Shown here in pieces: positions 46,046-54,473 of a DNA stretch of 54,520 nucleotides; position 1 is the first letter of the stretch, and every line of letters begins with the position of its first letter. Location of the stretch: contig JAEZJR010000271.1 of assembly GCA_023415725.1 (NCBI GenBank), positions 1 through 54,520 on the forward strand, in the 5' to 3' direction. Source of the stretch: Acidobacteriota bacterium (lineage in GTDB: Bacteria; Acidobacteriota; Blastocatellia; Pyrinomonadales; Pyrinomonadaceae). A program made the position numbers and the translations under genes. The notes below the pieces were generated by a model. The model did not search any database. It was not told the origin of the DNA and saw only the letters and a program-made list of their open reading frames with translations.

Positions 46046-46079
46046 AAAAACGGGCCGTGTAATTACACGGCCCGTTTTT
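46046..46079. terminator. Bidirectional terminator
   Basis: AAAAACGGGCCGTGT / ACACGGCCCGTTTTT with a 4-nt loop. It lies between the beta-helix gene and the 3' end of the convergent tRNA. Confidence 0.7.
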
Positions 46080-46089
46080 CTTAATAAGA

Positions 46090-46166
46090 TGGTACACCCG
46101 CCATGATTCGAACATGGGACCTCTTGATTCGTAGTCAAGCACTCTATCCAGCTGAGCTACGGGTGC
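46090..46166 (-). tRNA. tRNA-Arg (anticodon ACG), CCA encoded
   Basis: The reverse complement folds as a 77-nt cloverleaf. Acceptor stem GCACCCG/CGGGTGT; D-arm GCTC-AGCTGGATA-GAGT; anticodon arm CTTGA-CTACGAA-TCAAG; T-arm CCATG-TTCGAAT-CATGG; 3' ACCA. It is very similar to E. coli tRNA-Arg(ACG) as I remember it. Confidence 0.93.
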
Positions 46167-46181
46167 ACAAGGCGAATAATT

Positions 46182-46210
46182 AGATTACGAATCTCGCTTA
46201 TTCGTGTCAA
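46182..46210 (-). promoter_or_regulatory. Sigma-70-type promoter for tRNA-Arg
   Basis: On the minus strand: TTGACA (46210-46205), 17-nt spacer, TAATCT (46187-46182), about 15 nt upstream of the tRNA 5' end. Confidence 0.5.
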
Positions 46211-46225
46211 GGTATGGCGATGATT

Positions 46226-47218
46226 CTACTTTGCGAAATAACCCTGTCGCGATCTGGCGATCAGGCTCGGGTCGGACACCTCCACCTTGATCGATCGCCA
46301 CTTTCCATCCCTCGCCGGATTCGCTGGTTGGTATTCAAGTGTGTATAGCGTTCGCAGGTCGGCGGCGATCAATGCGTAAAGCCTGCTCATTTCATCCAGC
46401 CTTGTGATCGCGTTCAACGTCCCGCCTGTACGATCGGCGACAAGCTGAAGCCGGGTCCGGGCCGCGGTGTACATAGCGATCTGCATGGGGGTCGGATCCG
46501 CGAGTTTCGCCGGGTCCCCCGTCGGCAATGCAAGTGGGTAGATCGTGACCCCCAATTTGTCGGCTCGGTCCAAGATCGCGGAGAGTGAATTATTTCTCTC
46601 AGGTTTGATCGCGGTCAATACTTCTTCGCCGCTGAGCTTTGAGAGAAGGTCGCGGTCCTGGTTACGTGCTTTTGTGTCTACGCCGTCCGTTAACACGACG
46701 ATCGCCTTCCGACGATTTCCTTCCTTGGCGAGTTTGTCCAAAGCAAGCTCAAACCCTTTATAAAGGTTCGTATCACCCGAACCGTTCGCGACCGTGATGG
46801 AGTGAAGTATGGTCCGCCGATCGGTCGTGAAGTCGTTCAGGAGGTTTACCTTGTTGTAGAACTCGATTACGGCGACCCTGTCGTTCTGAGCCAAGGCATC
46901 CAGGAACCGTGATGCCGAAAGAGCGATGTTTTGACGAAAGCTCTTCGTCGAGCCGCTCATGTCGAGCATCATCACCACGCTAAACGGAGCAGAAGCCAGT
47001 TCGAAATGTGTGACCTCTTGTTTGACCCCGTCTTCATACACTGTAAAACTCGGTCGATCCAAATTTGTGATCGGCCGCCCGCGCTGATCCACAACACCGA
47101 TGTTGACCCGGACTATCGAAGTGTCCACATTGACCGGATCGTCGACCTGCCCGAGTGCGGCGACCGAGGCGGCGAAAACAAAAAGCAAAACGAAAAGGGA
47201 ATAACGCAGAAGGGCCAT
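46226..47218 (-). CDS. Secreted von Willebrand factor A domain protein (acidobacterial VWFA-related type)
   Basis: Start chosen at MALLRYSLFVLLFVFAASVAALG (signal peptide). MIDAS motif MLDMSGSTKS, then VVLTDGVDT. The N-terminal beta-rich pre-domain is as in the VWFA-related acidobacterial family. Confidence 0.85.
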   Translation of the reverse strand: MALLRYSLFVLLFVFAASVAALGQVDDPVNVDTSIVRVNIGVVDQRGRPITNLDRPSFTVYEDGVKQEVTHFELASAPFSVVMMLDMSGSTKSFRQNIALSASRFLDALAQNDRVAVIEFYNKVNLLNDFTTDRRTILHSITVANGSGDTNLYKGFELALDKLAKEGNRRKAIVVLTDGVDTKARNQDRDLLSKLSGEEVLTAIKPERNNSLSAILDRADKLGVTIYPLALPTGDPAKLADPTPMQIAMYTAARTRLQLVADRTGGTLNAITRLDEMSRLYALIAADLRTLYTLEYQPANPARDGKWRSIKVEVSDPSLIARSRQGYFAK

Positions 47219-47371
47219 ACGAAAAACTCTAGCAATCAGACGTAAGTTTTTGAAATCAAGTTGCATATGTCCGCCCGGCCCCTTTCCCCGGAAAGCGTTT
47301 TTGTTCTATACTTTGCGGGTATTTTTCTCCTTCCCTTGTACCGAACGAACAAGCCGGGCCAAACAAAATGA

Positions 47372-47884
47372 ATGCTCTATAGGCCGAATTATTGCTGTAA
47401 TTGCTCGGAGAAGATCGAAAGGGTTGACTGGAACCTTCTGACCAGTCGCCGGTTTTGCGATGTTTGTGCGGTCGAAAATAAACGACATGACCATATCCCG
47501 CGGATCGTTGTAGCGGGCGGCTTGCTTTCGCTAATGTTCGGGCTCGGTACGTTGTTCGGCGGCAACGCAAACTCCGGCCCGGCGGTTGAGAGTTTAGATA
47601 CCACTCCTGTACAACACAAAACAGAACGAAATGCAGTAAGAAACGCTGATCCGGCAGGATCTGGAAATCTGCCGTCAGTCGCAACCGCCGCAAACACTGT
47701 TGACCGCGCCATTGGCCCCTCGCAATCCATTAATTCCAATAAACCGTCTCAAGAAAAGGTTTATTACTGCGGTGCGCTAACGAAGAAAGGAACCCCTTGC
47801 TCGAGAAAGGTCAAAGCGGCTGGATTACGCTGTTATCAACACGAAGGCAAACCGCCAGCCCCAGTTCCGGAAGAGGGGACTTAG
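47372..47884 (+). CDS. Small membrane protein with N-terminal CxxC...CxxC zinc ribbon and C-terminal Cys/His motif
   Basis: CCNCSEKI...FCDVC, then a TM segment (IVVAGGLLSLMFGLGTLFG), then YYCGALTKKGTPCSRKVKAAGLRCYQHEG. It is upstream of and co-oriented with the kinase gene. Confidence 0.55.
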   Translation: MLYRPNYCCNCSEKIERVDWNLLTSRRFCDVCAVENKRHDHIPRIVVAGGLLSLMFGLGTLFGGNANSGPAVESLDTTPVQHKTERNAVRNADPAGSGNLPSVATAANTVDRAIGPSQSINSNKPSQEKVYYCGALTKKGTPCSRKVKAAGLRCYQHEGKPPAPVPEEGT

Positions 47885-47991
47885 ACGAAAATAATTCGAA
47901 ACAAACTGTTGATGTTTGCATCAAAATAGCCGAAAATATCAGTTTCAAAGCTGTTTACCTCGTTCACGCGACCCTAAATTTCTAGTTCACG

Positions 47992-49875
47992 ATGAAACCT
48001 TTAGCCCAGAATACGCTAATTCAAAACCGCTATTTGATCGTTCAGCTAATAGGTAAAGGCGGAATGGGCGAAGTTTATCTCGCTGTTGACCAACGTCTGG
48101 GTAGCGCGGTCGCGATCAAAAGGACATTCTTCGCAGGCGACGAAATGCTTGGAAATGCCTTCGAACGCGAGGCGCGCGTGCTTGCGAGGTTGAGGCATCC
48201 GGTGCTGCCGAAGGTTAGCGACCACTTCACCGAAAACGATCAGCAGTTTCTCGTGATGGAGCACATTTCCGGTGACGACCTTTCGAAGCGGATCGAGGCT
48301 CTTCAGAAGCCTTTCCCGCTAAGTTGGGTGATGTTCTGGGCGGACCAACTCCTCGATGCTCTCTCGTACCTCCATTCCCACGAGCCCCCGATCATCCATC
48401 GCGATATCAAGCCGCAAAATCTAAAACTCACCGACGAGAACCACGTTGTGCTTCTTGATTTCGGTTTATCGAAGAGCTCCACCGGGCAAACGAATCTTGC
48501 TAGCGGTGTTCACACTGGCAGTACGGGCAGCGTGGTGGGTTATACCCCGCACTACGCGCCGATGGAACAGATCCGCGGTATCGGTACCAGCCCGAAGAGT
48601 GATATCTACTCTCTTTCCGCCACGCTTTATCAGTTGATGACGAACGTGGTTCCGGCGGACGCTTTGTCGCGTGCCGATACGATGCTTAACGGCCTGCCGG
48701 ATCCGATCCAGCCGATCAGCGAACTCAACCCCGAGGTCCCCCCGGCCGTTTCTGACGTCGTCCTTCGGGGTATGGAGGTAAGCCAGGACAAACGGTTCGA
48801 AACCGCGAGGGAGATGCAGAAGACCCTTCGCAAGGCCTTCGCCGAGATGCAGCAGGCCATGGCCGCGAAGACGGTCATGATCAGCGGCGCAGAAGCGGCC
48901 GCGATAAACGGGACGGCTCAGCCATCTTTCGACGCTACCGAGGTAATGGACCCCGAGGCTCTGCGAGCGATATCCAATCCGGTAGCAGGCAGTAAGTCGG
49001 GCTTCTCAGAGAACATATCGCAGCCTCAAACCTCCCCGCATGCTGACATGGATGCTACGGTTGCATTCGATCCGGCTGCGATCACTGGCGGCGTCAAGCA
49101 ATCGGACGTCAAGACCGAGGTCTTTTCCGCTGGAAGCCATTCACTGCCGATCCCGCCGGAAGAACCTCAATCGTACGATTCGGAACCGGTTCCTACCCCG
49201 GCGGAAAATGAGAACTTTGCCCTTACGACAGACTATTCCGGTTTCGGTTCCACGGGCGCTGAAACCAATGTCACGCCTAGCGATGCGTATTCGCCGGACG
49301 CGACGATGCCCGTGATCGCCCTGGAAAGCAACGGGTCCACGGCGGTGCCTGCTTCAGGAGCCACTCCTCACGTGGGATATGAACAGGAATCTGCGGCCCA
49401 GACTAATTTTGATTCCAAGCCTCAGCAAGCCGCAGTCGTTCCGTCGGCAAAGAAGGGCTCGACGGGTAAAATAGTCGCAATCCTCGGCGGCCTATTCGTC
49501 TTTTTCGTAGTGCTCCTTGGTGCGGCGGGCGGCGGCTACTATTACTATTCGAATTACATGGGTGGGGCGGTCGTTGAGCCGACTCCTTCCGAAACTCCGC
49601 TGCCGACTCCCGAACCCAGTCCCACGAGCGAGAGTGTCTTCGTAGATAATTCGAACTCCGAAACGCCCACTCCGAGCCCGGCTCCATCAGTTGCACCTGA
49701 GCCGACCCAGGCCCCGCCGGGTTCGAACGCGGACCAACCCGACGTCGTCGGGCCGGATACACGGCCGACACCGGGAGGCACCAAACCCACTCCCCGGCCA
49801 CGGCCGACAAGCAACCCTACTAAGCCGGCACCGACCAAGAAGCCGAGCGGAACCGGCCCGGATATCGTTCAGTAA
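47992..49875 (+). CDS. Hanks-type serine/threonine protein kinase, single TM, Pro/Thr-rich extracytoplasmic tail
   Basis: GKGGMGEVY, VAIK, HRDIKPQNLKL, DFGLS and APE-like YAPME. TM segment IVAILGGLFVFFVVLLGAAG. The C-terminal ~100 aa is low-complexity P/T/S-rich. Confidence 0.92.
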   Translation: MKPLAQNTLIQNRYLIVQLIGKGGMGEVYLAVDQRLGSAVAIKRTFFAGDEMLGNAFEREARVLARLRHPVLPKVSDHFTENDQQFLVMEHISGDDLSKRIEALQKPFPLSWVMFWADQLLDALSYLHSHEPPIIHRDIKPQNLKLTDENHVVLLDFGLSKSSTGQTNLASGVHTGSTGSVVGYTPHYAPMEQIRGIGTSPKSDIYSLSATLYQLMTNVVPADALSRADTMLNGLPDPIQPISELNPEVPPAVSDVVLRGMEVSQDKRFETAREMQKTLRKAFAEMQQAMAAKTVMISGAEAAAINGTAQPSFDATEVMDPEALRAISNPVAGSKSGFSENISQPQTSPHADMDATVAFDPAAITGGVKQSDVKTEVFSAGSHSLPIPPEEPQSYDSEPVPTPAENENFALTTDYSGFGSTGAETNVTPSDAYSPDATMPVIALESNGSTAVPASGATPHVGYEQESAAQTNFDSKPQQAAVVPSAKKGSTGKIVAILGGLFVFFVVLLGAAGGGYYYYSNYMGGAVVEPTPSETPLPTPEPSPTSESVFVDNSNSETPTPSPAPSVAPEPTQAPPGSNADQPDVVGPDTRPTPGGTKPTPRPRPTSNPTKPAPTKKPSGTGPDIVQ

Positions 49876-49883
49876 CCAGGAGA

Positions 49884-51284
49884 ATGATCGAAATGTTCAC
49901 CAAATCAGCCCTCAGATCATTGGTACTGACCCTGATCGTGGTCTCATTGCTGGGCTTCGCTGCTGAAGCCCAGAACCCGTCCAAGAAGGACATTAAGAAG
50001 TCTGACGACCTCGTCAAACAAGGCGTTCGCTCGTTTAGTCAACGCAATTACCGCGACGCGATCGAGAAGTTCGCGGAAGCCGTGGTCCTCGTTCCGCGGA
50101 ACGCCGGCGCTCATTTCAACAAAGGCCGCGCTCACTTGATGCTCAAGGAAAACGACCTTGCGTTGAATGAATTCAAGCTTGCCGAGGAAACTGGGCATTC
50201 CCCAGTCGAGGTTTCGAAATACCGTTGGGCGGTCTATTTTGACAAGAACGAGACCGACTTGGCTCTGGCGGATGTGGCCCGCGCCCTTCAGGCCGAACCT
50301 CGCAACCAAGCGCTCCTTCGTGCCGCCGGCGACCTCTATTATCGGAAGCAGAATTACAACGAAGCGCTAGTCTCGTACCAGACCGCGGCAGCGGATGCCC
50401 CTAACGACGGCAACCTCTTCTACGGTATAGCGCTGGTCCAGCAGGCCTTGGGTAACTTTCAGGGACAGGAACAGGCGGCAGCCACAGCCCTTTCCAAGCC
50501 GAATCAGTATCAAAACGAATTGCAGCTTCTGCTCGCCGATGCACTCCACAAGCAGCGCAAATACGACGACGCACTTGTTGCCTACAATAAGGTCCTCGCA
50601 GCAAAGCCCGATGCGATCCAGGTGTACCGCCTCATGGGGGAGATCTACCGTGCTCAAAGTAAGTTCCCGGCGGCGATAGATATAATACGAAAAGCAATTT
50701 CCCGCTGGCCGCTGGATGGTGAGCTCTTTACGGACATAAGCTGGTATTACAGTCTCAACGGTAATGTAAAAGAGGCGATCTCGACGGCTGAGTCGGCAAC
50801 CCAACAGTTGCCAAACCAAGCGATGGGTTTCACCAACCTTTGCCGTGCATACAATGATGATGGGCAGTTCCCGAAGGCGATACGCGCTTGTGAGCGCGCA
50901 TTGCAGCTTAGGCCCGATGACGGCGAAACACATTTCTATCTGGGCCGTGCTCTTCGTGAAGTCGGACGAACGGCTGATGCGGCTCGCTCATTCGATAAAG
51001 CAGTTGCCGGCCTGATCAAGTTCACTCAGGAGAACCCGGATTATTCCGATGGATTTTATCTGTTGGGGAATGCGTATTTCAGCGATAAACAGTACGGCAA
51101 GGCACTTGAGGCCTATCGCCGAAGCCTTGATCTGAGCCCTAACTTCACACGGGCCCGGTACAATGCCGGTATTAGCTATATCCGAATCAACGACAAGAAC
51201 GGCGCGTTGGACCAATACAATGCCTTGGTCAACTTGGATAAGGAACTCGCCGGCCGCCTGAAGGCCGAGATCGATAAATTGTAG
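49884..51284 (+). CDS. Secreted tetratricopeptide repeat protein
   Basis: AGGAG lies before the ATG. Signal peptide. About 10 TPR units (recurrent A..Y..AL...P....A...LG pattern). Confidence 0.88.
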   Translation: MIEMFTKSALRSLVLTLIVVSLLGFAAEAQNPSKKDIKKSDDLVKQGVRSFSQRNYRDAIEKFAEAVVLVPRNAGAHFNKGRAHLMLKENDLALNEFKLAEETGHSPVEVSKYRWAVYFDKNETDLALADVARALQAEPRNQALLRAAGDLYYRKQNYNEALVSYQTAAADAPNDGNLFYGIALVQQALGNFQGQEQAAATALSKPNQYQNELQLLLADALHKQRKYDDALVAYNKVLAAKPDAIQVYRLMGEIYRAQSKFPAAIDIIRKAISRWPLDGELFTDISWYYSLNGNVKEAISTAESATQQLPNQAMGFTNLCRAYNDDGQFPKAIRACERALQLRPDDGETHFYLGRALREVGRTADAARSFDKAVAGLIKFTQENPDYSDGFYLLGNAYFSDKQYGKALEAYRRSLDLSPNFTRARYNAGISYIRINDKNGALDQYNALVNLDKELAGRLKAEIDKL

Positions 51285-51303
51285 AGCTGGATAGCGTGAA
51301 GAT

Positions 51304-51336
51304 AAAAAGAGGAGGACGGAATGTCCTCCTCTTTTT
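51304..51336. terminator. Bidirectional terminator
   Basis: 14-bp stem AAAAAGAGGAGGAC / GTCCTCCTCTTTTT with a 5-nt loop, between convergent genes. It overlaps the stop codon of the minus-strand gene. Confidence 0.75.
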
Positions 51337-52528
51337 ATTTGAACCCGATTTTCCCGAGTAAGCCGTTCGGATCCCCGACAAGGAAATAAGCAAGATTTGG
51401 GCTCTCGTGGGATCGGTCGTATCCGACGAGTTCGACATATGCGTTTCCACTCGCCGTTTTCTCGTTCACAAAGCCCGCCACTTTACACGCCCCTTCCCAG
51501 TAAACGACCATAGTCGTGCCCCGGGTGTCGAGTTCCTGGTCCTGCAGCACGGGAGTGACTTGAACGTCGATCCCAAGCTCCGGTACCTTGATCTTCCAAC
51601 CGCTCGGATACTCTGCTTCGGTTCGACTGCTCTTCCATGTTCCGACAGGCACGATCTCGGAGTCGGTTGCCGTCAGACGCGTGGAATTTCCGCTTGTGTT
51701 GACGAAGGTGCCGCTCGAGTAGGACGACACGCGTCCGTCCCCATCCCGAAGCTGGTAACACATCAGCTCCGAGCCTTGATCGAATTGTATCGAGAACCAA
51801 TCCCAGCCTTTCTGGTTCTCCGTCGCAGTCCAGGTGCCGAACTCGCGATCCATCCACGCAGAACCCGTAAAATGTTCGGCGTTCCCATCGATGACGATGT
51901 CGCCTTCGGCCTCCATGCGCGTGTAGGCAAAATAACGAGACGCCTCACCCGCATCCTTGAACGACACTCCACCTTCGCCGTTCAAAACCACGGGCTTCGC
52001 TGGCCGCAGTGCGATTTCGAATGTCGTGCCGTCCTCCAACGAAGCGCGCAAATGGTGCATCCCGTGGGACTCGCGTGCTGACCAGTCGCCGATATTAAGG
52101 TAGTAATGTGTCTTGCTCGCCCTTGCGGGCATATCCAGGAGGCCGTTCGCGCTTTTCCGGTGGGCGTAAGAAAAGGTACTCGCGTCATGATCGGTGATCG
52201 CGAAGTGCGCGAAATAATAGGGGTTTCCTATCAATCGCACCGGCACAACAGCGAATCTGTCCAAGTCCGTGCGCCGTTTGAAAAAGACCCATTCAAAGCC
52301 TAACTTCCGGCCGGAATCGGTCGTGAGGTGGCCGGTGTAATACCACCACTCAGTCTGCACGGCTTCGTGAGCCCACAGATCGCGCGGGAGTTCGACGGCG
52401 TCGTGTTCGGTCCCGTCGCGAAGCGGATGCGCCGTACCCGCTATCGCTTGCGCCATAGCGTCGAACAGCTTGCCTGTTTGTTTCTGGATCTCGTCGAAGA
52501 AGGATGCGGTACCACCATGTCCGTTCAT
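51335..52528 (-). CDS. AttH/CrtC-family protein (carotenoid 1,2-hydratase-like N-domain plus lipocalin-like domain)
   Basis: LPRDLWAHEAVQTEWWYYTGHL...GFEWVFFKR matches the family signature (P.D...H......EWWY). ~400 aa, no signal peptide. Confidence 0.8.
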   Translation of the reverse strand: MNGHGGTASFFDEIQKQTGKLFDAMAQAIAGTAHPLRDGTEHDAVELPRDLWAHEAVQTEWWYYTGHLTTDSGRKLGFEWVFFKRRTDLDRFAVVPVRLIGNPYYFAHFAITDHDASTFSYAHRKSANGLLDMPARASKTHYYLNIGDWSARESHGMHHLRASLEDGTTFEIALRPAKPVVLNGEGGVSFKDAGEASRYFAYTRMEAEGDIVIDGNAEHFTGSAWMDREFGTWTATENQKGWDWFSIQFDQGSELMCYQLRDGDGRVSSYSSGTFVNTSGNSTRLTATDSEIVPVGTWKSSRTEAEYPSGWKIKVPELGIDVQVTPVLQDQELDTRGTTMVVYWEGACKVAGFVNEKTASGNAYVELVGYDRSHESPNLAYFLVGDPNGLLGKIGFK

Positions 52529-52581
52529 AGTTTACGGATTCGACGTTACCGCATCATCGGATTCGCCACAATAGGCAGTTT

Positions 52582-53424
52582 TCAGGAGCGACGGCTCCGC
52601 GGGGTGTTTGCGGGCGGAGCATCGAGGAACGTTTTCACGTTCACGTTCTGGATCTTCAGGATCACCCGCATATTCTCCGACCGCCCATCAAAGCTTGCAG
52701 GGACGAACGGTGCGTAAACGGGATCGGACTCGAGTGCTTTCTCCAATTGCTTGATCGCCCGATCGTCCGCAGGCGGTTCCACCACCTCGGCGATCCTCGC
52801 GAGCCCGTTGCCGAAAACATCGGCCACCACCACTACTTCTTCGTCGTTCATCTCGCCGCGCACAAGCGAACGTGTCAGTGCCACTAGTGCCCCCTGCGGA
52901 TTAACGCTGGGCGATTCGCCGGCGATCGCGAGCCTGGTGCTGGCGTATTCCGATGCCGTTAGATCGAGAGCGTCCGGTACGAGCGGATTATCGCTCGCAA
53001 GCCTGATCGAGGTCGGAACCTTCGGCGACGAGTCCGCGATAAAACTGGACGGGTCCGGAGCTGTCGAAAGGATCCCCCAGAGCATAAAAACTCCGAAGAG
53101 CAGGGAAGCAAACGTGCCTACGGTTGACGGAAACATCCAGGTTTCCAACCAATTCCGTCGCTCGTCCACGAGACGGAATGTCGGCCCCGCGAAACTGGGC
53201 GTCAGTTCTGCCGCAACAAGCGAACGCAAATTCACCAGCGAAGCCTTCGAAAGACTCGGGCGGGCAAGTGACCTCAGTCCATTCCTTATAGACTGGTATT
53301 CCGACAACGACTGCCTGCAGAGGGGGCAAGTGTCGAGGTGAGAATCAAGCTCGGCACGCTCCGCGGACGTCAGAATATCGTCCGAATAAAGCGGAAGATC
53401 AGATTTTACCTCGCTGCATTTCAT
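52582..53424 (-). CDS. Anti-sigma factor (zf-HC2 type, single TM)
   Basis: Start chosen at MKCSEVKSDLPLY. Zinc motif H-x3-C-x2-C (HLDTCPLC). TM segment VGTFASLLFGVFMLWGIL. An in-frame ATG at 53487 is also possible. Confidence 0.8.
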   Translation of the reverse strand: MKCSEVKSDLPLYSDDILTSAERAELDSHLDTCPLCRQSLSEYQSIRNGLRSLARPSLSKASLVNLRSLVAAELTPSFAGPTFRLVDERRNWLETWMFPSTVGTFASLLFGVFMLWGILSTAPDPSSFIADSSPKVPTSIRLASDNPLVPDALDLTASEYASTRLAIAGESPSVNPQGALVALTRSLVRGEMNDEEVVVVADVFGNGLARIAEVVEPPADDRAIKQLEKALESDPVYAPFVPASFDGRSENMRVILKIQNVNVKTFLDAPPANTPRSRRS

Positions 53425-53557
53425 TTCAATTGTTCGACGAACTCTGGTTCGCCGCCTATACAACCGGAAAAGGTTTCCGGCTCGCATCAGCAGCCCGACG
53501 ATACGAGCATGCCAGATCCGATCCTAGAACTTCGGATCGGAACCAAAACAAAATTAC

Positions 53558-53815
53558 TGAATGAATGGCCGGCTGACCCCGGCTGCTTCCCGCCCCGAAA
53601 GGCGGAAAACAACGCACTGACAACCTGTCCGCTCAAGTTCAAGAACCTACGCGATGCGTCCTTCATTGGTTGCTGGTCGTTTTCAAAGAAACACCGCTCC
53701 AGGTCCACGCTCATGTGCTCGCCGGCCGTCGACATCGTTACTTTTTTGACCTGTCGTTTGGCACCGAATTTCAGTCTTCAAAAGTTGAAGCCGGGGCGAG
53801 GCGGCCATTCATTCA
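53558..53815. repeat. 258-bp segment bounded by 26-nt imperfect inverted repeats (MITE-like element or long-range RNA stem)
   Basis: 53558-53583 is TGAATGAATGGCCGGCTGACCCCGGC. The reverse complement of 53790-53815 is TGAATGAATGGCCGCCTCGCCCCGGC. That is 23/26 identical, with the outer 14 nt perfect. Confidence 0.5.
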
Positions 53816-53819
53816 ATTG

Positions 53820-54473
53820 TTAAAGATCAGATAACCGCTTTCGCAGTTCTTCGCGTCCGCGGGCGATACGCGATTTCACGGTCCCGATATTTATCTCGAG
53901 GGCCGATGCGATCTCGTCGTAGCTGTAACCCTCTATATCGCAAAGCACTATCGCTTCGCGGTAATGCTCAGGAAGCTGCGTTAGGGCCCTTCGGAGTGCA
54001 GTCTCGCGCTCCTGCCTAAGCACGGCTTCTTCGGCGGACTCGCTGTCACCTGCTATAGAATCGCCAACGGAAGAGTCCGTTTCGCCAATAGGCGAGTCGA
54101 GCGAGATGGTCGCGTCCTTCTTCCGGCGCTTCCACCAGCGGAACCGGTTCCGAGAGTGGTTGATCGCTATCCGCGTCAGCCAGGTTTTCAATTCGGAGTC
54201 CCCGCGAAAGCTTCTTATTGACCGCAACGCGCTGAGAAATGTTTCCTGGGTAAGGTCGGCAGCGTCCTCCGGGCTCTCCGTGATCCGGTACAGCACGGCG
54301 TATATATCGCCGGAATATCGGTTTATCAGGTTGTCAAAGGCTTCCGGTTCACCGTTTCGTAGTCTTTCGACGAATTCCGCTTCTGCGGCATCGAACACAT
54401 GTTTGTCGTAGGCCGCGGATGCGACCTCCCCAAGACCTTCCTGGTCAAATGCTATCGATTTGCCGAAGATCAT
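53820..54473 (-). CDS. ECF-type RNA polymerase sigma factor (sigma-70 family, group 4)
   Basis: Region 2 (DAADLTQETFLSALRSIRSFRG, WLTRIAINHSRN) and region 4 (LPEHYREAIVLCDIEGYSYDEIASALEINIGTVKSRIARGR). ATG at 54473, with an in-frame GTG one codon upstream. Confidence 0.9.
   Translation of the reverse strand: MIFGKSIAFDQEGLGEVASAAYDKHVFDAAEAEFVERLRNGEPEAFDNLINRYSGDIYAVLYRITESPEDAADLTQETFLSALRSIRSFRGDSELKTWLTRIAINHSRNRFRWWKRRKKDATISLDSPIGETDSSVGDSIAGDSESAEEAVLRQERETALRRALTQLPEHYREAIVLCDIEGYSYDEIASALEINIGTVKSRIARGREELRKRLSDL

Noticed and set aside
46226-49875. VWA protein next to a Ser/Thr kinase, reminiscent of TerY-P (vWA/PP2C/kinase) conflict-system triads.
   Set aside because: No PP2C phosphatase is present. 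The VWA protein has a signal peptide and the secreted acidobacterial VWFA layout. It is also transcribed divergently from the kinase operon.
53487-53735. 82-codon ORF between the ECF sigma and anti-sigma genes as a third operon member.
   Set aside because: Not called as a feature. The sequence is Gly/Ser/Arg-rich without motifs, has no RBS, and is matched by an equally long ORF on the opposite strand (53338-53823). It is kept only as an alternative explanation in the spacer finding.
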